IMG/VR virus record: IMGVR_UViG_3300027851_000021
Span: 2,308-66,307 of that record
DNA from: a virus
DNA: 64,000 bases
Strand: one strand, 5' to 3'
This document shows, one piece after another, positions 1 to 10,522 of the stretch (positions within the stretch are counted from its first letter, which is position 1; each line of letters opens with the position of its first letter). The position numbers were made by a program, and so were the translations under genes. Under the pieces are notes generated by a model. It was not told where the DNA came from, ran no database searches, and saw nothing but the letters and a program-made list of their open reading frames with translations.

Positions 1-71
1 ATTTTTTACGTTCAAACCTCGGGCTAACATGACCCTTGCCAAATTTAAATCGAGGACCTACTAAATTTGTG

Positions 72-101
72 TTGATTTTCCCATTGATGACCATATATAA
101 T
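72..101 (+). promoter_or_regulatory. sigma70-like promoter for the packaging operon
   Basis: TTGATT-N18-TATAAT upstream of the first ORF; same design as the sites at 5308 and 10822. Confidence 0.7.
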
Positions 102-142
102 ATAAAGAAGCTAAACGACTATCGAAACAGAGTAAGTACCCA

Positions 143-1195
143 ATGCAGAGCATTACGGCACAGATGAAGCAGCTAAACAGTAGGATCCAAGTGAATCACT
201 TAGGTCTTCCTGAAGGTATCTACCGTCCTGATATGTTACCAGCTTATCCCACCCCACCATCTTTGGCTAATATAACATCCCAGTTCGGCATTGTAGATGT
301 GATTGATAATGATCGTGCTGCGTTAGCGCCATCCAATGTCAATGAACCTAGTCAAGGGGATTTGTTTGCAGCCGAAGATGGTGTAGGTGAGCTTGTCTCA
401 GAGAATGACGCGGAAGTAATATCAGCCTCAACTGCATTAGCTGTTCGTGAAGCAGAGGACAACTATCAGCGCGCTCTCACAAATTACGAACGTGATCTCT
501 CCGCAGCATTTGTTCAATTGGATTATTCCGAAGGTTACCCAACAATTAATACAATGCCATTCTGGACTCAGTTCGAATTTGAATCCAGTGACGCTTACAC
601 CCTATTTCAATGTTACTTGAGCCAATATAAGCAAGGCGTAAGACAAGTAGCAGCAGTTCTTGAATCTCCACTCATAGCAGAGATGCCTATTCGTCCTAGC
701 ATGGATGAAGTAGCAAGTTACTTTCATATCTACTGCTGGGCATTCAGAGCTAAAGCTTTTGACATGTTCTTTACAGCACACCGTAGAAAAGAGCGTGAGC
801 GTAGAGCAAATGAGACTGAAGATGAACATTATCTCATGGCAGCTAAGCTAATGTCACTTTGTGACGAGTACCTGACTACAAACGGTGAAGAACTCAAAGA
901 AACCTTAACACCTAAAGCATTCGTGGAGCTCTTGAAGACTGCAACAACCTTACAACGTATCAGCGTCGGACTTAGTGCCAATGGTGGCGGCTCCAAGGAA
1001 GATTCTCAGACAGCTGGACAATCTGCAGAGATCATTATGCGCAGTATTGCAGAGAAAAATACCGTTGTAAACCGTCAAGATACTGGTGAAAATGGTGAAA
1101 TAACTAAAGGATATGACGATAAACTCGCAGAAATCCTGAGAAGTCCAGAATTAACTAAAATGGCACAAGAAATTATCATTAGAGTGAACAATTAG
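143..1195 (+). CDS. terS: putative terminase small subunit
   Basis: First gene upstream of TerL; E-x3-AY-x2-F-x2-YL ... W-x2-RA-x-A-x-D pattern seen in phage TerS-like proteins. Confidence 0.55.
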   Translation: MQSITAQMKQLNSRIQVNHLGLPEGIYRPDMLPAYPTPPSLANITSQFGIVDVIDNDRAALAPSNVNEPSQGDLFAAEDGVGELVSENDAEVISASTALAVREAEDNYQRALTNYERDLSAAFVQLDYSEGYPTINTMPFWTQFEFESSDAYTLFQCYLSQYKQGVRQVAAVLESPLIAEMPIRPSMDEVASYFHIYCWAFRAKAFDMFFTAHRRKERERRANETEDEHYLMAAKLMSLCDEYLTTNGEELKETLTPKAFVELLKTATTLQRISVGLSANGGGSKEDSQTAGQSAEIIMRSIAEKNTVVNRQDTGENGEITKGYDDKLAEILRSPELTKMAQEIIIRVNN

Positions 1196-1204
1196 GCTAA
1201 ATTA

Positions 1205-1855
1205 ATGCTCCAAGTATATATGAATTGGCGAATCCCTAATCCAGCATACGAAGAAATTCGTAATGCTCGTAGAGTTTTGCCTATCAGAGCAACATCTGCA
1301 TTAACTAGTGACCTTCCTAAGCCGGATCAAGAAATATCGCGGAAGATTACTCCACACCAATCAACACTGACCCGCTCTAAGCGCTGTAGCAAATGTGGTG
1401 AGTCAAAAGCCTTAGGGGAGTTTCCTAAACATGACACATCATCTGACGGATTGGCAGCGTATTGTTCAGGATGCAAAAATGGCCTTGCAAAAGAGAGACG
1501 CCTCAAAGACCCAATTGCCAGGATTACCCATTATACAGTTACACGGATCAAGAATGAATGGCCTAAGGAAGAAATTCCGAAGGATATACAGACGAACCTG
1601 GAACACTATTTGGGATATCGGCTTTGGGAGCTCAAACGAAAATTAACGGATGAAGTACAAGCAATGTACGGAATTACGCTCGTAGAAAGCTTTAAAAACG
1701 ATTTCCACTTGGATCATATTCAGCCCCACTCTTCTTTCGACGCAAAGAGCATAGGTGATGGTGAGTTCCAGAAGTGCTGGGCGATTACAAACTTAAGAAT
1801 GATACCTGCAAGAGAAAACCTACAAAAAGGAGCTAAGTTAGATTATTATGCCTAA
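1205..1855 (+). CDS. Zn-finger + HNH endonuclease
   Basis: CxxC...CxxC (KRCSKC, YCSGC) followed by HLDHIQP...NLR...ENLQKG. Confidence 0.75.
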   Translation: MLQVYMNWRIPNPAYEEIRNARRVLPIRATSALTSDLPKPDQEISRKITPHQSTLTRSKRCSKCGESKALGEFPKHDTSSDGLAAYCSGCKNGLAKERRLKDPIARITHYTVTRIKNEWPKEEIPKDIQTNLEHYLGYRLWELKRKLTDEVQAMYGITLVESFKNDFHLDHIQPHSSFDAKSIGDGEFQKCWAITNLRMIPARENLQKGAKLDYYA

Positions 1856-2219
1856 AGCCATATTAAGCGAAACTAATCCTACTCACGTAGGATTTTATTG
1901 TGAGGGATGTAAGCATATGCATTATGTTAATACAGCTCCGCAACAATCAGGTCCCTTATGGGGCTTTAATGGTGATCTCGAATCTCCTACACTAACACCA
2001 AGCGTACTTAATCGTACAGGGCATTATTGTCAAGGACAAAAGCAACCTCCTGATTGTTGGAACTGTAATGATGCAGCAGCTAATGGTTATGAGGGTATGT
2101 GCAGTGTATGTCATATCTTTGTAACTGACGGTATGATTGAATATTTAAGTGATTGTACGCATCATATGGCTGGAAAGAAAGTACCTCTAAAAGACCTGAG
2201 TGAAATTAAGGACGACTAA
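1848..2219 (+). CDS. DUF6527-like Cys/His protein
   Basis: FYCEGC...WGFNGD..PTLTPSVL...CHIFVTDG..EYLSDCTH. Confidence 0.65.
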   Translation: MPKAILSETNPTHVGFYCEGCKHMHYVNTAPQQSGPLWGFNGDLESPTLTPSVLNRTGHYCQGQKQPPDCWNCNDAAANGYEGMCSVCHIFVTDGMIEYLSDCTHHMAGKKVPLKDLSEIKDD

Positions 2220-3821
2220 ATGAATATAGAAACCCAAGTTAATGCTTCAATGGCAGCAGAATTGATGGATCTTAAGAACCATCATCCTGACAAAGATCGC
2301 CTTATGAATGGCGTTAACATGGAAGCTATGCAAGTCTTTCTAAGTGCTAATGCATGGAGACTTACTCCTGCAACATTAGCATCTAAGGTATCACAAGGCG
2401 ATTGGGTTCCAGCTCACCACCTCCTTTACATTAGCGCCAAGATTGCGGCAGCACTTGAAAAAGGAAATGCACGTTTAATCGTATCAATGCCTCCACGTCA
2501 TGGTAAATCAGAGTTATGCTCTGTATGGTTACCTGTATGGATTCTGGATCGCTGGCCAACTAAGAAAGTTATGGCTCTATCTTATGGTGCTGACTTAGCT
2601 GAAGAGTTTGGTCAACGTGTTCGTGATATTATTCAAGCAGACGAGGATCCAGATGAAGGAGCACATATACTTAATCCAAAATGTTACATCCGTAAAGACT
2701 CTGCACGTGTTAATAGGTTCCTTACTATTAGTGGCGGTGGTATGCGCTCTGTTGGTCTTGGTGGCGCTGTTTACGGTCGCGGGGCTGATGTACTTCTATT
2801 GGATGACTATTACAAGAATCTTGAGGAAGCTTCTTCGGAAACTAAACGTCAGTCGGTTCTTCAGTGGTTTGCTACTGTAGCGATGTCACGTATTCAAAAG
2901 AACGGATCTGCTATTATCGTAGCTACTCGTTGGGGTACGGAAGATCTCTCCGCTCAGATGCTTGCTTTAACTGGATCCAAATGGACTGAGATTAACTTAC
3001 CTGCTTTCGCTAATGAGAATGATGTACTAGGAAGACAGCCTGGTGAAGCCTTATGGCCAGAGTTTTATGATGAAGAACGTCTGAATGAACTTAAACAGAC
3101 AATGGGTACATTCCTCTTCAGTGCTATCTACCAACAAGCACCTAAGAAGACTGCATCAGAACTATTTAACCGAGATTGGGTTATTAAAGAGAAATACCCA
3201 CCTCCAAGAGAACTCCTACGTAGATTACGTTCGTGGGATATGGCAGGTACTGAATCTAAAGGTGACTGGACAGCTGGATATGAATTAGCAGTAGATCCTG
3301 CTACGAATCATTTCTGGATTCTAGGTCGTAAGAGAGTTCAGTTCTCCCCAGGTAGAGTCGAAGAACTGGTCAAGCAAACGGCTGAGGATGATGGGTATGA
3401 TACACAGATCCTTATCGAGCAAGAACCTGGATCTTCTGGTAAGACAGTTATCGAGCATTACTTAGGTACTGTACTTAGTGGATATGCTGCACACTCTGTA
3501 AGACATACAGGTGATAAGTTTATTCGAGCCCAGCCTTTCTTTGCTGCATGTGAGTTCGGAAGAGTACATATTATAGAGGGCGACTGGAATGAAGCTTTCT
3601 TAGACCAATGTACAGAGTTTCCGGAATGTAAGAATGATGATGACGTGGACTCAGTGGCCCAGGGTTATAATCATTTCTTCCAGAAAGTTGCAATGGCAGG
3701 TATTTGGGGTCGTAAACAAAAACAACCTGCTAATGATGATCCAAGTATACCTGGATCAAGAATAGTAAATGCAAAGTCAAATAAACTAGTATTAGGAGCC
3801 ACCTTCGGTAGGAGAAGATAA
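2220..3821 (+). CDS. terL: terminase large subunit
   Basis: Walker A PPRHGKSE, Walker B LLLDD, coupling motif ATRW, C-terminal nuclease (WDMAGT, DDDVDS). Confidence 0.95.
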   Translation: MNIETQVNASMAAELMDLKNHHPDKDRLMNGVNMEAMQVFLSANAWRLTPATLASKVSQGDWVPAHHLLYISAKIAAALEKGNARLIVSMPPRHGKSELCSVWLPVWILDRWPTKKVMALSYGADLAEEFGQRVRDIIQADEDPDEGAHILNPKCYIRKDSARVNRFLTISGGGMRSVGLGGAVYGRGADVLLLDDYYKNLEEASSETKRQSVLQWFATVAMSRIQKNGSAIIVATRWGTEDLSAQMLALTGSKWTEINLPAFANENDVLGRQPGEALWPEFYDEERLNELKQTMGTFLFSAIYQQAPKKTASELFNRDWVIKEKYPPPRELLRRLRSWDMAGTESKGDWTAGYELAVDPATNHFWILGRKRVQFSPGRVEELVKQTAEDDGYDTQILIEQEPGSSGKTVIEHYLGTVLSGYAAHSVRHTGDKFIRAQPFFAACEFGRVHIIEGDWNEAFLDQCTEFPECKNDDDVDSVAQGYNHFFQKVAMAGIWGRKQKQPANDDPSIPGSRIVNAKSNKLVLGATFGRRR

Positions 3822-5233
3822 TGTCAAAGAAAACAATAAGCCCATTACGCGCACTCATAGGTGAACTAATGTCACGATCTGCTTTAGGTGCTGCTTTAGG
3901 TATGCAATTTGGTGGAGCACGCGACTTATATAAAGTATTCGGGTATACTAAGCAAATAGGATTTAAAGACTACTACGGTAAGTTTCGTCGTCAAGACATT
4001 GCTAAACGTATTGTGAATGCTCCTGCGTCTGCAACATGGAGAAATCCACCTATTCTTAAAACATCTGCATCTTATAAAAAGGAATGGGATGCTTTAGTAC
4101 AAGAACATAAGATCTGGGGCGAGATTGAACGCGTAGATCGTTTAGCTGGCTTAGGTCAATATGCTGTACTTCTTTTAGGTATAGGTGATGGCCGTAAGAT
4201 GAATCAAATGGTGTCTGGGGCTGCTGGTACCAAATTACTGTATCTACAGCCTTATGCACAACCTAACGCAAAGATTAAGACATTAAACAGTGATCCTACA
4301 TCTGAACGATTCGGATTACCTGAAATGTATACAATCTGCACTATGAAAGTAGAAGACATTATTGATGCTAGTAGCACTTCCACTGCGGTAAAGACACAAG
4401 AGATGGAAGTACATTGGTCTCGTGTAGTACATATTGCAGAAGATTGTTTAGAAAGCAATTATCTAGGTACTCCTCGTTTAGAGAGTGTCTATAACCTATT
4501 AGATGACCTTTTAAAGGTAGCTGGGGGTACCGCCGAAACCTACTGGTTAATCGGTAATCGTGGTATGCAATTAGATGTAGATCCAGATATGCAACTCACA
4601 GAAGCAGACGCTGAAGCACTCTCGGATGAAGCAGACGAGTATCAACATGGACTTCGTCGTATTATGCGTACTAGAGGCGTTAAGGTTAATGCTTTAGGTT
4701 CTGATTCTCCAGATCCTAAAAATACGTTTGATATGATTATCTCCCTGATCTCAGGTGCTACAGGTATTCCTAAAAGAGTTCTTACAGGTTCTGAAGCAGG
4801 ACAATTAGCTTCTGACCAAGATAGAGCTAACTGGGCAGATCGTATTAAAGAACGCCGTACAACTTTTGCTGAACCTAATGTTTTACTTCCTCTCTTATTG
4901 CATTTAATGAAAGCAGGAGTATTACCTAGCACTAAGCTTACTAAGCTGGATTACGAATGGCCACCTAACTTCCAACTTACACCTTTGGAAGAGGCACAAT
5001 CTATGGCACAGAAAGCTAGAGCAGCGATCAACTTATCTAAGCAATACAATAAAGGTAATCAACCTCTTATGTCATTAGAAGAATGCCGTCTAGCAATTGG
5101 ATTACCTGAGAAATGTGAAGTAGGAACTATTCCAGCTATGGTAGAGGATATTCCTCCAACTCCAGCAGTACCTACAGATCCTAATGCAACAGATACTACT
5201 AAACCTGCAGTAACAGATATTCCGGCAACATAA
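3821..5233 (+). CDS. portal protein (DUF1073-like)
   Basis: Follows TerL; VHWSRVVH and GATGIPKRVLTG...ASDQD motifs. Confidence 0.85.
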   Translation: MSKKTISPLRALIGELMSRSALGAALGMQFGGARDLYKVFGYTKQIGFKDYYGKFRRQDIAKRIVNAPASATWRNPPILKTSASYKKEWDALVQEHKIWGEIERVDRLAGLGQYAVLLLGIGDGRKMNQMVSGAAGTKLLYLQPYAQPNAKIKTLNSDPTSERFGLPEMYTICTMKVEDIIDASSTSTAVKTQEMEVHWSRVVHIAEDCLESNYLGTPRLESVYNLLDDLLKVAGGTAETYWLIGNRGMQLDVDPDMQLTEADAEALSDEADEYQHGLRRIMRTRGVKVNALGSDSPDPKNTFDMIISLISGATGIPKRVLTGSEAGQLASDQDRANWADRIKERRTTFAEPNVLLPLLLHLMKAGVLPSTKLTKLDYEWPPNFQLTPLEEAQSMAQKARAAINLSKQYNKGNQPLMSLEECRLAIGLPEKCEVGTIPAMVEDIPPTPAVPTDPNATDTTKPAVTDIPAT

Positions 5234-5307
5234 TTCGGCGGAATATCTATTACTCTAGCCCACTTACAGCCGGTGCCCTAATTATTTAGGACACCTTAAG
5301 ATTTTTG

Positions 5308-5336
5308 TTGATTTTGCTATTTTAGTCCTATATAAT
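5308..5336 (+). promoter_or_regulatory. sigma70-like promoter for the fibre cassette
   Basis: TTGATT-N17-TATAAT preceded by ACCTTAAGATTTTTG. Confidence 0.75.
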
Positions 5337-5372
5337 ATAAAGAGGTCGAAATTTCTCTTTTTGTAGGTAGAT

Positions 5373-8300
5373 ATGTCAAATAGCAGCACCTCTAATAATT
5401 ATGATTTTACCATCAAACAAGGTGAGACATTTAATAAAGTAATTACCTGGAAAGATAACGCAGGTACTCCTGTTGATTTATCTAATTGGGCTGCTCGTAT
5501 GCATCTCAAGATTCGTCTAGGAGAAGACGAAACAATCATACTAGCATTGACGACAGAAAACTCTCGTATTACCTTGGGTAGTGATGGTACTGTTGCTTTA
5601 TTCATAGAAGCCAGTGTTACCTTACAATTAGAAAATGTCTTATATCATTATACCTTAGAATTAGTTAATGGTGATAATGTTAAACGTTTATTGCAAGGTA
5701 GAATAGACATAGATCCAGTAGTTACTATGCCTGGAGATTTTTTAGGTGATCTTACACCTCCTACAGGATTACCTCCATTAGCCACATTAGATGGTAGTGA
5801 ATTACTTGCGGTATTAAAAAACCAAGTTGTCTACTCTGTTCGTGTAGATCAACTACCTGGTCAAGGATTTATTGATCCACATCTTTACGGTGCTAAGGGT
5901 GATGCTGTCTCTCTACCTAATGCTACTATTTCCATGGACTACTTAAGTGTTAGTCATGCAAAATACGCCTTTAAAGATAAAGACGTAGGTAAGACTCTAT
6001 ATTGTGCAGGTAGCTGGCAAGATAATGGTAGCTCCAGTACTATTCAGAGTGTTGCCAATGGTATTGCATATCTATCAAGCCCTTTATTACGTAACGGTCA
6101 GCGTTATGTTCTTTTTGGAACAGATGACACAGACGCACTTCAAGCTGCCTTTGATGCTGCAGAACGTATTATGATAGATACCCCAGGTAATACTAATGAT
6201 GGTACTGGTAATGGTATTCCAACATCAGGTGCAGTAGTACTTCGTCAAGGCGGATATATCGTAAAGAATACTCAAGCGCGTTTTGATGCAGGTAAAATTG
6301 CAGCACTTATGGTACCTAGACGTGTAGGATTGTATGGACAAGGACAAGGTTCTACTGCCATTTATACTGCCCCTGGTAACGTGGGACATTCAATCGCAAA
6401 TAAATACGCAAACACCGTGCCTGCAAATACCGCGGCTGATGAAAAAATCACACTTGCTGATTTCTCTCTTTACGGGTTGCGCGATATTCAGGGTGCTCAG
6501 TGCTTGAACGGTATTCACCTTGCTTTATCCATGGGTGGTTATTCAATGGTGGATGGTTATTGCCAGATGTACAACATCAACGTCCATGGAGCAAGAGGGC
6601 GCGGAATTTATCTTAAGGGGCGTGGGGAAAACTTCTTTACAAATGTGAATGTCAACTTTGCTTGTGATCATGGTTGGTACATGGACACCACGCAAGACAG
6701 TCGCTGGGTAAACTGTAACGCAGGTGGAAACTATTACGCAGGTTTCTTTATCTATGATAATGCTGCATCATCTTTCACTAACTGCAAATCATATTATAAC
6801 GGTTCCAACGGCGGCACAACGCCTGAACTTTGTTGTAACTGGTATATAAGTGATGCAAATCATTCTTACAATAAAGGTACTTGTATGTTTACCGCCTGCG
6901 AAGGGCAAGAAAGTCGCGGGTCAAGTATTGTTATTGATGGTGGTTTAAATCAGTTTGTAAACTGCCTTTTCTCTGACCCACGCAGAAATGCAGTTGGTGG
7001 AACAAGTCAACCAAGACCAACCATATGTGCCGGTATTCATATGCGTAAGAACGCTTCGAACAACGTCTTTGATGGCGTTTTCGTTCGCGCCTCATTAGGC
7101 CTTGATTGGGGAGGGTCTACTGAAAATCATAATGGTGGTGATTACGCTCTTTATATTGAAGACAATTTAAGCGGCAACGCAAAACTTCGCGGGCCGCGCG
7201 GAAACAAAGGTCATATCTATACACTTGAACCTTCTGTGTACAACAATTCCAAAATTGGTGGTGTTGGTACAACCAACAAATTGAACTGTGGCCTTTATGT
7301 GGATGGTGATCCGTTACCGGGAGCATACCCAACTGCACCAACTATTAACCGTGCGGTAAGCTGGGACAACACAACTGCTGCAATAAACTTTACTCTACCG
7401 TCCGACATGGGTGGTAGGGCTGTTCGTCATTATCAGATAGAAACAAAAACTGGCGGTGGTGAATGGGTTGCACAAAAAGGTGCTACTATTGTTACTAATA
7501 CACTTGCAAAAGTTACTGGACTAGCCCTTGGTACAACTTATCAAATAAGAGTGGCAGGAGTGAACGTTTTTGGCCTTGGTTCATATTCGGCTGAATACAC
7601 CTATACCCACAATATTATTTATTCTATGAAGCGTCAGCTGTGTTCAAACAATCAGCGCATAACACCTTTCACTAACTCAATAACAGAACTTTACATCAAC
7701 ACAACGCTTCATGCTAAGACGCCTTTTAATGCTAATTGGACAGGGATTCGCGTTCATTTTGATAACTTTGTCGCAAACTGGAACAATGGTTCTGAAATCA
7801 CAACAGGCATGACAAGCGCAACTATGAAATGTTCCGTTCAGGTTGGCGATACGATTTATCCTTGCACTGGAACGGTTTCCATTGCTGCTGGGGGTCAAGG
7901 TTATTTAGATATTCCTAATCTGACTTTGCCAGCAGGAACTGATTTTTACGTGCATACCAAAGCAACCTTACCTGCTGGGACTAAAAACGTTCCGCAAAAT
8001 ACAGTACGTGACATGCCGATGTGGGATACTGGTCGTGTCAACACCAACGATAACTCTATTGACATAACTGTTTCTGGCGTTTCTCAAGGTGCGGTTGTTG
8101 GACGTACAGTCGCAGCTGGTGTAATTACTGCACTCTCATTCAATGCAACAACAGGTAAGGGGACACGCTTTACGGCAACAGCCCCTGATGTTTATGCTTA
8201 TGAGAAACAGGCGGGTGGCGTCATAGCCTTTAAGAAAATTGGTACAGCAACTACAGACGGTGCAGGAGGTGTTGCTTCAGTTACTCTGGTTGACGGAACT

Positions 8301-9074
8301 CCCCCAACAGGCGTTACATGGGTAGCACCTTCCATAGTTGTAACTAACGGCTCACTCTATCCAGACAATGGTAACTCTTTGGGTTGGGCACCAAACATTA
8401 TCACGGGTATTCCTGACGTCCCTGTCCGTACAGTGATGCTGTTGGGTGACACAATCATGAAGGGTGAACTTGTCAATACCACAGACGAACACGGTAACAA
8501 TGGTCTTTATGAAGTTGGTATAGCAAGTCGTGTTGGACTTGGAAACGCTGGTATTGGTGGAGGGATTGGGGCATACCGTTTTACAACGTCTACAATGACT
8601 AGAACAATGGGTTGTTACGCACCTTATTGTACTGACGCGATTGTGGACTTGGGGTATGGTGATTTCATTAACTCCAGAACAGCTGCCTCAACGGTTACAA
8701 ATCTTCAAGCTATTAGAACTTCACTTGTGGCATTAGGGTTGAAGGTGAACTTTGCAACCATGCTGACACAAACAAGCTCAACTGACGGATATGTGACTGA
8801 GGGCAATCAAACTACAGGCTCAAACGGTCTGGGTGTAAACATTTCAACATTTACAGATACAGTTGTTGGTTCTATTCTTGATAACACCATCATATCCGAT
8901 AATAATGTTATCAATGCTCGTGCTTTATTGTTGACAGGAAACGTCTTTAAACCTGGAACGACAAATGATGGTAACAGACCAAATGACGTTATTGGGGCAA
9001 TCATGTTGAATGGTATCTCACGTGCTGGTATTGATGCTGCTTTCAAAGCATGTTTTAATTACCTTGTAAATTAG
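5373..9074 (+). CDS. large fibre/tailspike: BppU-like N-terminus, beta-helix depolymerase, FN3, SGNH-like C-terminus
   Basis: YDFTIKQGETF...VDLS N-domain; YGAKGD / TDDTDALQAAFD pectate-lyase-like start; Asn/Gly-rich beta-helix; VTGLALGTTYQIRVAGVN FN3; LLGD..., LGYGD SGNH-like blocks. Confidence 0.75.
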   Translation: MSNSSTSNNYDFTIKQGETFNKVITWKDNAGTPVDLSNWAARMHLKIRLGEDETIILALTTENSRITLGSDGTVALFIEASVTLQLENVLYHYTLELVNGDNVKRLLQGRIDIDPVVTMPGDFLGDLTPPTGLPPLATLDGSELLAVLKNQVVYSVRVDQLPGQGFIDPHLYGAKGDAVSLPNATISMDYLSVSHAKYAFKDKDVGKTLYCAGSWQDNGSSSTIQSVANGIAYLSSPLLRNGQRYVLFGTDDTDALQAAFDAAERIMIDTPGNTNDGTGNGIPTSGAVVLRQGGYIVKNTQARFDAGKIAALMVPRRVGLYGQGQGSTAIYTAPGNVGHSIANKYANTVPANTAADEKITLADFSLYGLRDIQGAQCLNGIHLALSMGGYSMVDGYCQMYNINVHGARGRGIYLKGRGENFFTNVNVNFACDHGWYMDTTQDSRWVNCNAGGNYYAGFFIYDNAASSFTNCKSYYNGSNGGTTPELCCNWYISDANHSYNKGTCMFTACEGQESRGSSIVIDGGLNQFVNCLFSDPRRNAVGGTSQPRPTICAGIHMRKNASNNVFDGVFVRASLGLDWGGSTENHNGGDYALYIEDNLSGNAKLRGPRGNKGHIYTLEPSVYNNSKIGGVGTTNKLNCGLYVDGDPLPGAYPTAPTINRAVSWDNTTAAINFTLPSDMGGRAVRHYQIETKTGGGEWVAQKGATIVTNTLAKVTGLALGTTYQIRVAGVNVFGLGSYSAEYTYTHNIIYSMKRQLCSNNQRITPFTNSITELYINTTLHAKTPFNANWTGIRVHFDNFVANWNNGSEITTGMTSATMKCSVQVGDTIYPCTGTVSIAAGGQGYLDIPNLTLPAGTDFYVHTKATLPAGTKNVPQNTVRDMPMWDTGRVNTNDNSIDITVSGVSQGAVVGRTVAAGVITALSFNATTGKGTRFTATAPDVYAYEKQAGGVIAFKKIGTATTDGAGGVASVTLVDGTPPTGVTWVAPSIVVTNGSLYPDNGNSLGWAPNIITGIPDVPVRTVMLLGDTIMKGELVNTTDEHGNNGLYEVGIASRVGLGNAGIGGGIGAYRFTTSTMTRTMGCYAPYCTDAIVDLGYGDFINSRTAASTVTNLQAIRTSLVALGLKVNFATMLTQTSSTDGYVTEGNQTTGSNGLGVNISTFTDTVVGSILDNTIISDNNVINARALLLTGNVFKPGTTNDGNRPNDVIGAIMLNGISRAGIDAAFKACFNYLVN

Positions 9075-9082
9075 GAAACAAA

Positions 9083-10522
9083 ATGACTATCGAAATTATT
9101 GAAGATGGTACTACGGTAGAAATCCTTGAAGAAGGATCTTCTATTACTATTGAGGTAACAGAAGAGAGCATCGAAATCTCTGATGTAGGTCCTCAAGGAC
9201 CTCCAGGTTCTCAAGGCCTCTTAGGTCCTATCGGTCCTCAGGGACCTATAGGTTTGACTGGAGCAACAGGTGCTACAGGTGCTACGGGATCCCAAGGCCC
9301 CGCAGGCCCTCAAGGTATTCAGGGTATCCAAGGAGTTAAAGGCGACACAGGAGATGTTGGACCTCAGGGTACGCAAGGACCTCAGGGTATTCCAGGAGAA
9401 GATGGTACAGACGGCCTTAATGGTATAGATGGGGCTGACGGACTTAATGGATGGTCGCCTGCTGTTGCAATTACTAATGATGGAGCGCGGAGGGTCTTAC
9501 AAGTTGTTGATTGGATCGGCGGCACTGGCACGAAGCCAGCAACGGGATATATCGGCGCGACTGGTATCGTTGCTTTGATTGCTGATGCAGTTGATATTCG
9601 TGGTCCTGCCGGTGTTGATGGTATAAATGGCACGAATGGCACAAACGGCCAAGGCGTACCAACAGGTGGTTCAACTGCTCAAATCTTAATGAAGAATAGC
9701 AGTACAGATTTTGACACGGTTTGGTCGGACACAAAATCAACAGCTTTAACCGCCGCCGCATTCATCCCGTCCGGTTCGACTGTACCGACAAATGGGTTCT
9801 ATCTTTCTGCAGCGAACACTCTGGCATGGGCCACAAATAGCGGCAACAAAATGACTATGGGTGCAACGGGTGATATTATCCTTGGCACAACATCAATGGC
9901 ATCGTCAATTACAGTCAACACAAATTTAAATGGTGGATTATCTCTTAATTCATCAAGTGCAAGCGGCCCTGCATTTAATCTTAATCAAACCACAAATACA
10001 TGGTGGCAATTTTTCAGTAATGGCGGCTCTTTCGGTGTTTGGAATAATACTTTAGGTATTACAACTTTTGCTATTTCTGGTGGGACAGCAGGAACTGTAT
10101 CAACAGTATCAGGGGGAAGAATCGGTTTTTCATCTTCTGCAAGCAATGCACGAGGTGGAATGGATACTGCCATATCGCGTGTTTCCGCGGGGGTTTTCGC
10201 CTTTGGAAATGGTATAACGGCCGGAGATACAACAGCGGAATTAAGAGCTGGGAACTTCAAAGCCATGCAGGCGGGTAAAGGCTTCTTTATCAAGGAAGGA
10301 ACTAATGCTAAGATGGGACAAGCGACTCTTGTCGGCGGCACGATTTTAGTTAATAACACTTCGGTAAATGTGAACAGCCGAATTGAATTAACTAGGGTTA
10401 CGCCCGGAGGTACTCAAGGTCATTTATCTTATTCAAAGGTTGATGGTGTTAGTTTCACCATAAATTCAACAGAGGCATCGGAAACAAGTTTAATAAATTG
10501 GGTTATATGGGAGGCCGCATAA
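9083..10522 (+). CDS. collagen-like fibre protein
   Basis: Long Gly-X-Y run (GPQGPPGSQG...) followed by fibre-type beta repeats. Confidence 0.8.
   Translation: MTIEIIEDGTTVEILEEGSSITIEVTEESIEISDVGPQGPPGSQGLLGPIGPQGPIGLTGATGATGATGSQGPAGPQGIQGIQGVKGDTGDVGPQGTQGPQGIPGEDGTDGLNGIDGADGLNGWSPAVAITNDGARRVLQVVDWIGGTGTKPATGYIGATGIVALIADAVDIRGPAGVDGINGTNGTNGQGVPTGGSTAQILMKNSSTDFDTVWSDTKSTALTAAAFIPSGSTVPTNGFYLSAANTLAWATNSGNKMTMGATGDIILGTTSMASSITVNTNLNGGLSLNSSSASGPAFNLNQTTNTWWQFFSNGGSFGVWNNTLGITTFAISGGTAGTVSTVSGGRIGFSSSASNARGGMDTAISRVSAGVFAFGNGITAGDTTAELRAGNFKAMQAGKGFFIKEGTNAKMGQATLVGGTILVNNTSVNVNSRIELTRVTPGGTQGHLSYSKVDGVSFTINSTEASETSLINWVIWEAA

Noticed and set aside
9188-9445. DNA tandem repeat or array
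   Set aside because: Explained by collagen Gly-X-Y coding
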